Assembly: GCF_006345805.1 (NCBI RefSeq)
Contig: NC_043006.1
Span: forward strand, 83,452,001 to 83,516,000
Length of the DNA stretch: 64,000 nucleotides
Direction: 5' to 3'
Origin: Octopus sinensis
Taxonomy: Eukaryota
Below, one piece after another: positions 54,789 to 64,000 of this stretch. Made by a program: the position numbers and the translations under genes. Position 1 is the first letter of the stretch; every line of letters begins with the position of its first letter. Under the pieces are notes generated by a model. The model made no database searches, had not been told where the DNA came from, and was given only the letters and a program-made list of their open reading frames with translations.

Positions 54789-56330
54789 TTAATGCTATAG
54801 AAACTAGCAATTTTCATAAGTTCTATGGTTCCTTGTGATTTGGATTCCACTAAAATTATCCAATGCTTCGTTTGTACAAACTTGCTATTAAACTTCATGT
54901 ATCTCAACTTCAGAATCTCACACTGCAACACTGACTACTGACAAAATTTACATACACACATTAATTAGTCAGTGTCCCATCTGCTCACCATTTGTGAAGT
55001 GTGCCTCTCTACCCATTTACTTCTAAGTGCCATAGGTTAAGAATTAAGTGTCTTTGCCAGGTACATAGTGCAATGCTAAGGACAAGATAAGAACCCTCAT
55101 CTCATCATTTGGTGAGTGGTAGACTGAACTATTATTATGGAAACCAACTACAGCTCTCTTTTCCTTTTGTACAATTCATCATCACCATCATGCATTAGGG
55201 TCTCAGTGGCCATATTCCTCCACTGTGATACAGTAGAAGTGGTTATCTTAGAGTAAAGGGATGCTGTGAGTGATCTCCTACATAATTCTCACAAAACAGC
55301 ACAACTGATTCTGAGAGAAAAGTATCAGCCCTTGTTCTTAGCTAGTACTTTATTTTAGTGATACCAGAAGGATGAAAACCAGAATTGATATTAGGCAGAA
55401 TTCAAACTCATGATGCAAAGAACTGGAACAAATACAGCATGGCATTTGTCTGACGCTCTAACAATTCTGCTCGTTAACTGCTGCTCTTAATGCATAATTA
55501 TATTATTTGTTTTGAAAATTTATTCAAAGAATCAATAGTGAAGGCATTACTATCAAGTTTGTTCCAATGCTTGAAGCTAGAGACCGTTTTTTCCTCTCAT
55601 TGAACAGCTTGAAATCAGGATACCACCTACTAAGTGCTAAAACATTTGCTCTTAATTTACACCGATTGATTAGTAGCTACTTTGGTTTTGTGTGTGCATG
55701 TGTGTGTGTGTTTGGTAATGTTGAAAAAATACACAGGGGATGTGTGTGCATGCCTACCTGTGTGAGCCTGCCTCTGTATGTATGTGTGTGTGTGTGTGTG
55801 TGTGCGCCTGCCTCAGTATTGTGAACATATGTGTTCCTACCTGTATGTTGTATTCATGTGTATGTTTGCTTCTGTGTGCGTATGTGTGTACACTGCTAAT
55901 CAATTGCATTATCTTGTTATTTTTTGGGAACCAAAAAAAAAGTAACCCTCCTGTTTTTTTATTTTATGCTTGTAAGTTTGCTGCTAATACTTAAGCTTTT
56001 TGGTCTGTTTTGAAATCAATTATTAAGACAAACTAAGTGTTATAAAAAACAGTCTTTTATGAATTCTTTATAAAAAAATTAAAAAAACATGACTCCTTCA
56101 GATGTTGGAAACTTGTGGTTAAGTGAGATTGATATTCATTGGAATTGATAGATTAATCAATGTTGCTCTAGTTTTATCATAGAATGTTTATGAAATTTAC
56201 AAATCTTAAGAATAGCATTTATACTGCCATGTCTTACTTGATTTATACCTGTCAGGCACACATCTATACCTGTTTTAATTTGATTCATATGTTGACAGTT
56301 GCCTCTCTTTAAATTGGATATTTTTGTTAA

Positions 56331-56519
56331 CCCTTTTGTTACCATATTCCTGTTGGAATAAACTGAATTTGTTTTAGCTTTAAAAATGTCGAAGTATTTT
56401 GTAAAATAACTTTGTCGTTATTAAATGAAATTTTGTTGGAAGGTTTTAGTTTAGATCACTTCAAAACAGGAGGCTTGTGTTATAGAATCAGGTACAGTCT
56501 TGAACTGACATCAAAAAGG
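56331..56519. mobile_element. TTAA-type MITE
   Basis: TTAA|cccttttgttacca...tgacatcaaaaagg|TTAA; same family with an internal deletion. Confidence 0.72.
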
Positions 56520-57142
56520 TTAAAGTGATTTTCGTTTTTTAAGCAGTTTCAAAATAAAACGACATTTAACTGATAGTATTGTATCTGAAGTTCATATTCT
56601 CACCTTTTAGATATTCTTTATAAATGTTATTTTCATATATATCTATTAAGATATATTACTACTGCAGGTTCTAAAATTAAATCTTGACAGCTTGTACTTC
56701 ATCTAATGGTAAATTAGTTCCGTTGAAAATTTCCGTTTCTTTTTACATTGAAATCAAAGGTAGTAATTTTAATTGTTTCAATGATTGTGTTTCCATTTTT
56801 AACTAATCCAGTTAACTAATTATCATCTTAATTTTAAGTAACTGACTCAGAAATCACAACATATCTTTTAGGTACTACTTGCTCATCAAATGGCTATTTT
56901 GAATTCTCTTTTCTAATGTAACCACCAAGTGAATGATCATCTCAGTTTCATGTAATTTGTAGTATGAAATACGTTTGTGAGTATATATCTTTCACCAATG
57001 TGAATTGATGAAAAAGACATTGAAATAGGTTTTATGGGTAAAGTCCTTTAAGATCATTGTTCTGCATCAGATTACAGATACCGTTACAAGACTTCAGATC
57101 CAGTGATTGACCTGTTAGAGATTTGTACCTAACAGTATGATA

Positions 57143-57378
57143 AGCACCAACTGATCGTGGCCATTGCCAGCCTTGCCTGGCACCTGTGCCGGTGGCACAT
57201 AAAATGCACCCACTACACTCACGGAGTGGTTGGTGTTAGGAAGGGCATCCAGCTGTAGAAACACTGCCAGATCAGACTGGGCTTGGTGCAGCCTCCTGGC
57301 TTCCCAGACCCCGGTCGAACCGTCCAACCCATGCTAGCATGGAAGGCGGACGTTAAACAATGATGATGATGATGATGA
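57143..57378 (+). mobile_element. Family C copy
   Basis: Colinear with 3923-4164; (GAT)n tail. Confidence 0.88.
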
Positions 57379-58856
57379 TATCTACCCCTTGCTTTCTTTC
57401 TCTTGCAGTTTTTACATTATCCTGTTGTAGCATTTTGCCAACCTGATTGTACTCAGCAAATTTAGTTTTGATTTTTCTAGTTATCACTGTGATACCAGTA
57501 AATTCTACTTCCAATTTGGTAGTCATCAGTACATTTTGGTACTCCAGTTTGCTAGTCACCAACATATTTTAAACATCTTTACAGAAAAAGGCTATATTAC
57601 TTTACTTCAAACATACCAAATTACAACAAATGATTGTGAAAACATAAAAAAAGAAAACCTTTTTTTGTAAATATATTTGTGTTATTTTAGTAATACTTAA
57701 ATATCTTTTTAACTCTGTATTCTCTAAGGCTTGGTAAATTTATGGCTATTGACAAAAAAAATCTTGTATTTATAGCTTTGCACATGTGTTCTTCAGAGAT
57801 AGTCATGTTTGTAAATTCCTGTCAGGTTTTCTATACACAGATTTTAATTTTATGATATCTGATAACCCACCACCATCACACTACCATCTTCTGTATAAGT
57901 TAGTGTGAGATGAAGATGGGAGAGTTTAGGCATTCATTTGGGGAGGTGAGATGAGGTTGGGGGAGGGCTAAGAAAATAATATTCTTCTAAGATTTTAAAC
58001 AAATATACATCACAAGATAATTTCATATGAATATTAATGTTTTTCTATTGTGTAGCTAGTTATACATTTTCTTATTGTAAGAAATGTTAATATTTTTATA
58101 AATAATGATCTAAAATTTAGGCACAGACATACACATTTCTTGGTGAAAAGATATTTTGCATTAAAATAATTTATATTTGATTGGCATTTATTTTATTAAT
58201 CTCACAAAGAAGAAAAGCACAGTCTAGAATGAGACTTGAATTTAAACACTGCAAGACATCCAACCCTCTCCTGCTTCTACCATTCACTACCATTATTTTA
58301 CATAATCATGGTGATGACTTCTGACTTTGCAAAAGGCCACAGTTTATAGGGTGGGCAGCAAGGAGTACAAACAATTGGATCAACCATAAGACATTACTTA
58401 TTGTATTAATATTGCAATGGAATGGAGAGTAAACACATCCCATGGGGAATTAAACTCAGCATATTAAGGAACACGAACTTACAGTGGGGTTTGAACTCAG
58501 ACTGTAAAGGGCCATAACTAGATACTGAAAAGGCCCATGCTTGCAGTACACAACATGTCATAACCAAAATAGCTACAAAATGTGCGGGTATCATCATTAT
58601 TGTTTTTAACATCTACTTTTCTATGCTTGCATGGGTTGGATGGAATTGTTTGAAAGCATATTTTCTATTGTTGGATGCTCTTCCTGTCACCAACTCTCAC
58701 TTGTCTCCAGACAGGAGACTACTGACATTAGAAAGATGAAAGACAAAGTTAACTTCTGCCATAAATATTTCAAGTTACACCTTTCGTCATACAACAAATA
58801 ACACAATACTAATAACAATTATAGCAACAGTAAATACACACACACACACACGTGTG

Positions 58857-58894
<38 letters not shown>

Positions 58895-60491
58895 ATTAAT
58901 GGCAAATGAATGAGAAAGGAGTGCTCAATACATTTTGTAGAGATATAATTTTTTATTAAAACTCAAGCTGAGAGTTTATCTGATAATTGCACTGGCGTGA
59001 AATTCAAGTTACGAGACAAACTTTTAACTTTAGTTTTAGTTATATATATGTATATATATATCAAATTTATAGAAAAACAAAGATGAAGACAGGTGTAGGA
59101 ACAACAAGCAAGTGTATTAGTTTGTCATTCGGGGAAAAATGGAAAAGTCTTTTACATTTCGAGCCTACACTTTTTGACAAAAATGAATAAGAGGAAATGA
59201 ATAGAGAGAGAATGAAAAGAACATGTTGAGCTTAGTGGTTCAACATGGCCAAAACAGTTTGATTCAAATTCCATGGTACTTAAAGTTTCAAACCATGAGA
59301 TGATGCTTTATATATATGATGCTTTTATATATATATAAAAGGGAATTTATCAAATTCAAATTCAGTTTAATATAAATACCCAAATAGCTAATATAACATT
59401 TACACCAAGAAATTAAATTCATGTTCACACTTTTCATGTTAAATATTGCATTTTCTAAAATGTCATTTACTTTAATAAAATTTTGATATCTGAATGAATA
59501 TATATATGAATATGAGCGAATGTGAACTTTGATAATATTCTGGCTATCTTTTTTTTCTTCTCTCAGAAATATGTTATCTAATAAATTGTTAAAATTTTAG
59601 AAATAATTATTTGTGTATATCATATTTAGAAATGAAAGGATTAAAGTGATATAATCAAATTATGAGCATAGTTCAAACAACTCGACCTAGCTCCCCTCAA
59701 ACATCAATGACATTCTCATTAGTTTATAATGAAACCAGCGTTATTTTTGTTATACGTTTACTCCCACTTATCTCAAACTGGTACGCGTTTGCATGCTGTA
59801 AATTCTGTGTACCGGAACAAGAATTTTATCTACAGCTTAACTGATATGCTGATAACCAAATTAATCTATTACTCTAGATTTATAAGCCAAAGAGGGTGTC
59901 TCTGCATCATCATTTGACCTGCTAGAAATAGCAAACAAATTTTTTTCAAATCATACCCTATCTTCTTGAAAAAAAGTAACAAACGATACATTGGGTAATA
60001 GTCCTAGATACCCTTAAAGACATGTTGCTCATGGTTGGAAGGTCTTTAATCTAATTATGATTTCTTTTATTTCATGACAAATATTGTTTCATAGCTTGCT
60101 TTACAAAATTTCATTTTTCTTGTGGGATTTGTTGAATTTTGTGGGGGGTCAAACTGTCAATAAAAAACAAGCACTGTTTACATTTCACTTCAACTACAAG
60201 ATCTATGATATGAACAGTAAATATGGAATAAGTGCTGAGGAGAAAGATATGCTTCGGGATCACATAGTCATTTATAAGGTCCCAGATTGTGACAAAAGGA
60301 CTTGGACAGACTAATCAATTAACCACTGAAATAAAGCATGACCAATGTATGTGTGCATTTATTAGCATTATGACCTTCTCAAAATACAGCAATAAATATC
60401 TTCTTCATTTCTATTATAATTGAGTTTTTCATAGAACAGTTCTTTCTAATTCATTAGTTCAAGTAAGTAGGTGTGGAAAAATATAAGTTAA

Positions 60492-60692
60492 CCCCTTAAT
60501 GGATCAATTATTCTGACATGGCATTTCATTACAAAGCATATTTTTTTATTTCCTTTTATATACAATGACACAAAACAAATAAACTCATTTGAGTGCTAAA
60601 ATTAAAAGTTAATTTTGACCGAGTATACTCGTCTGGTTCTAAAAGGATACATTTGCAATGCACGAGTAAACTCAGGATAATCCATTAAGGGG
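60492..60692. mobile_element. piggyBac-like MITE (TTAA TSD, CCC...GGG ends)
   Basis: TTAA|CCCCTTAATGGAT ... ATCCATTAAGGGG|TTAA: perfect 13-bp TIR, 201 bp long, internal palindrome CGAGTATACTCG. Confidence 0.85.
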
Positions 60693-61011
60693 TTAAACGA
60701 ATAAATGATGGTTATAATCAAAATCTTCAAGGAGAACAGTCTTGTTTGTTATACATACTCTATCACTTCCAATTTATGCTGACTGGTTGACTTTTGCGAA
60801 CATTTCCCAAAGTACAGGAATAGTGAAAGAGCCTTGTCCTGCAAATAATATCACATCCATTTAATTCATTGTAAACATGCTTAACAAGATGTCTCTTTAT
60901 AAAAAAATGTTAATAGATTATAGCTATTTTGGCTGAGATAACTAAGGTGGTATGTTTATGGGAAACACATTGATAAAAAGAATTAGGTGAGTTTGTATGC
61001 ATGTGTGTGTG

Positions 61012-61070
<59 letters not shown>

Positions 61071-61637
61071 AATCTCAAACATTAATAATCTGAACAGAAA
61101 CAGTTTGAAATTAAACTAGGTGGGAAGAAAGTTACTGATTTGATCTCTAACCTAGATCAGCATGGTAAAGCAGGTTTCTGAGATATAAACGGAGAGGAAA
61201 AAATGCAGATAACTATTTCAAGTTGTTACCCTCTAATAAATTGAGGTTGATGATAAGCTAAGTGGTAGTAATGAAATCCAACTATGACAGTCACATCTGG
61301 ATTGCAAATGAAAGGGTACATAATGTGTAACATTGTATATATATATATATCGTATATGACACTCTTAGCTTTTAGGTCAGTTTTGTGGCTTTCTGCTGAT
61401 TTGAAAATATTAGAAAAGTATATTATATACTCATGAGTTGTGTTTTTTATTTCTCCTTTTTTGTCCCCACCACTTTTCATCGTTCCCCACCTCCATTTTC
61501 CTTTCTTTCCTCTTTTTGATAGAGGACTAGTGCCCGAAATGTTAAGACTTTCCCTTCCTCTCAACTGTTATAAATGTAACGGTTATAAATGTAACCATTT
61601 TCCCTTACCATATTTATAAATTTTCTATTTATTACAG

Positions 61638-61759
61638 TTGGATGATTGTGCCTTACAAATATTCCGTTACCGAACTGGTGTCAGTGAATATGGAACCTAT
61701 TTGGATTTGGAGTCCACCCTAGCCGAGCAGGCCGAAGAATTAGAGGGATTTGTGGATAA
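61638..61759 (+). CDS. FHOD3: FHOD-family formin, coding exon 2
   Basis: Acceptor ttttctatttattacag|TTG. The 122 nt translate to LDDCALQIFRYRTGVSEYGTYLDLESTLAEQAEELEGFVD plus 2 nt, continuing exon 1 in frame and matching the FHOD motif LDDCxLQ...GxYLDLExTLAEQxxELEGF. Donor AA|GTAAGT (phase 2). Too short for the ORF track; found by reading. Confidence 0.93.
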
Positions 61760-64000
61760 GTAAGTTTTATAAACTCCTTTTTTATCTAACTCAATGCATG
61801 CCAATGATCAAAATCTGATGATCAGAACCAGAAAGACAAAATCCACAATAATTTCATTTTATATACTTGTTCTTCCATTTATGTAAATTCTGTAATTAAT
61901 GTATATATAACTATGTATTAAAACTATTAAAATATCAACTTTCAGCTGCTTTTACTTGAAGCTATGGTAACTTAAAAGTGCAACACTGATGATGTATAAA
62001 TGTCAAATTGCAGTAAAAAGTTGTGAATATGATTTAGTAAAATGGAAACTTCTTTATCTACCAGATGTGAATTAGAATGGATTTTTTTTCTCTTCCTAAT
62101 AGGAATTCATTTTATTTTAGAGACCTCATAATGTAGCTAAATGGAATTAGAAGTCAATATATCTTTCAAAAGATATTTTTTTAAGAGAAACTTCTATCAA
62201 AGTTCCACTTGAGTAGAAGTTTTTATTTGTTTAATTTGTACAGAAAATAGCTAAAGAGATGGTGATCTAATTCTAAATGGAAGCATGAAAGTAGTTCTTG
62301 ACAGTGCGTAGTAGGAGTAGTAGTAACATTTTTTTTCTTTTGCTTAGATATTCTGTGATTAAATACCTTACTAAGATAAATTACAGACACCAATATTAAT
62401 ATTTGGATATTAGACATGGAACTGGATTACATGTTTTATACTGTACCTTGTTTGGTGTCCCTCTGTTATGTGTTAAATTTGTTATAGTATCTTCTTAATT
62501 ACCCCATCACTACTCCTATTTTGCTAACTATGTGCTTAGGAAATAAAATTCTATTACATATTAACTGGCTGTGTGCTTCAAAATTATCTAGCTGAGCCTA
62601 CCACCTTGTTTTGATTCTTTGACTGATGCTCTTTCACATGAGAAAGGGATGAATATCAAACAGTCTGATTATACTTTGTATAGTCAAAAATGTTATGTGT
62701 AGCCTCTTTATGGTAGAGAGGAAACTAACATTGGATTCTTGAGTCTTAGATTTATATCATAATAGCATGCTTATAAGGTCACAAAGTGACAGATATTTGC
62801 TACTGATGAACCTAATAGGCAGAAATTTGGATCTAGCAATTTCACCACCAATGCTGAGTGATTTTTTACCTGCATTCCTAACAGAATACATCTATAAGAG
62901 ATAATTTCTCAGGGCATGTATCACTGTTCAGAAGACTTCCAACATATATACATTCTAAGTATGTATGCAGACTGCTAATGCACAAATGTTTATATTTTGA
63001 TGGAAAACAATGAACACAGACTTACCAAAGATTTCTATTTGAATTAAGAATTTACTACGAATGCTGGTTGTCAATTGAAGGTTTCTATTATCAAATATAT
63101 TGTTATACTGTGAAATACCCAATACAGGAGTAATGTAGATTAAATATTTTCTGCAGCATAGTTGCTTTTAAATATATACTACTTTTGGTTTAGTTCTTTT
63201 TAGCTTTTCAATTTGTTTTAACCATTATTTCCATGCTGGAGCACTGCCTCTTATACAGGAATCACCATCTCTTGAAGAAATGAAGTCAATATGCATTCTA
63301 TTAACAGTATTTAAAATAACATCTTTCACCAAACATCAAACAACATAATCACATATGATGTATATGTAAATGTATTGTGAAGATAGTTATGGATTGAAAT
63401 ATATATTAATCATAAACCCAACCCTAGCAATGTTTATTCTTCATGGGCTCTCTTTAGGCCCAGTACATGTATTATGTGCTTTCTGAATCCAGTATACAAC
63501 TTTATAAGCACTTTGTTGTATGCAGAATGAAGTGACATTTCACCAAACATCTTCTGAGATTTTATCATATCTTATGCCATACTTGCATATGGTGTAATAT
63601 TTTACATATTTCATAAGTATGTAAACATACTTTGGACTTAATCTGAAGAAAATTTTTGATTATTTACATATTTTTGGGATTGGCTAGGAATAAAGTTTAA
63701 TTGATGTTAATGATTGGAGTACAAGAAGAAAAACAAATTACAAAGTTTATGATATTCAAAACTTGTAAAATATTTTGTTTCAATGTTATGTAATAAAAAT
63801 TTAAACCTAGTTATTTTCTCTACTTCAATTTGGAAGGAAGTTACATATCTCATAATTTATCTTTGAGAGCATAAAACCCTAAAGAATTTAGGAATTAATT
63901 AGCAAGAGTTATTATTATCATTATTATTATTAAGGCAGCAAGCTAGCAGAAATGTTACCATGCTGGACAAAATGCTTAACAATATTTTGTCTGTTTTCAC
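61760..64000 (+). other. FHOD intron 2 (runs beyond window)
   Basis: GTAAGT donor at 61760; no further FHOD-like coding sequence seen before the window end. Confidence 0.8.

Larger units (their letters stand above)
22001..61637 (+). other. FHOD intron 1 (39,637 nt, GT-AG, phase 0)
   Basis: Bounded by GTGAGA and tacag. The spliced junction reads APHK-LDDC, contiguous in FHOD proteins, so no intervening coding exon is needed. Confidence 0.88.

Noticed and set aside
57770-57805. Minus-strand CTGAAGAACACATGTGCAAAG
   Set aside because: No GAAA and no stem I; probably chance. The same holds for CTGATGACTTATGGAAAC at ~48905-48925.
60084-60314. 76-aa ORF with a protein-like C-terminus (KYGISAEEKDMLRDHIV...)
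   Set aside because: No recognisable motif or convincing exon boundaries; not needed for FHOD continuity.

Overview
AT-rich, microsatellite- and SINE-saturated animal genomic DNA. The repeat complement strongly suggests an octopus (coleoid cephalopod); this is recalled family knowledge, not a database result. The only protein-coding gene I can support is the 5' end of an FHOD (FHOD1/FHOD3/Fhos-type formin) on the + strand: coding exon 1 at 21821-22000, a 39.6 kb first intron, and exon 2 at 61638-61759, with the gene continuing past the window. Nearly all other listed ORFs are microsatellite or repeat artefacts. The rest is mobile DNA: four SINE-like families, a CR1 LINE 3' end, an internally deleted mariner, TTAA/piggyBac-like MITEs and a Helentron-type element, often nested. 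The most unusual signal is a set of Penelope/retrozyme-type hammerhead-ribozyme-like motifs. Two have complete three-way-junction geometry (19643-19689 upstream of FHOD; 62797-62839 in the sense strand of intron 2), and a small repeat family carries a CUGU(A/C)GA-type core variant. All have core or junction deviations, so activity is unproven. A visible CpG-rich domain (~11.9-25.5 kb) flanked by CpG-decayed DNA looks like a germline methylation footprint. Repeat boundaries are approximate unless TSDs or TIRs are quoted.
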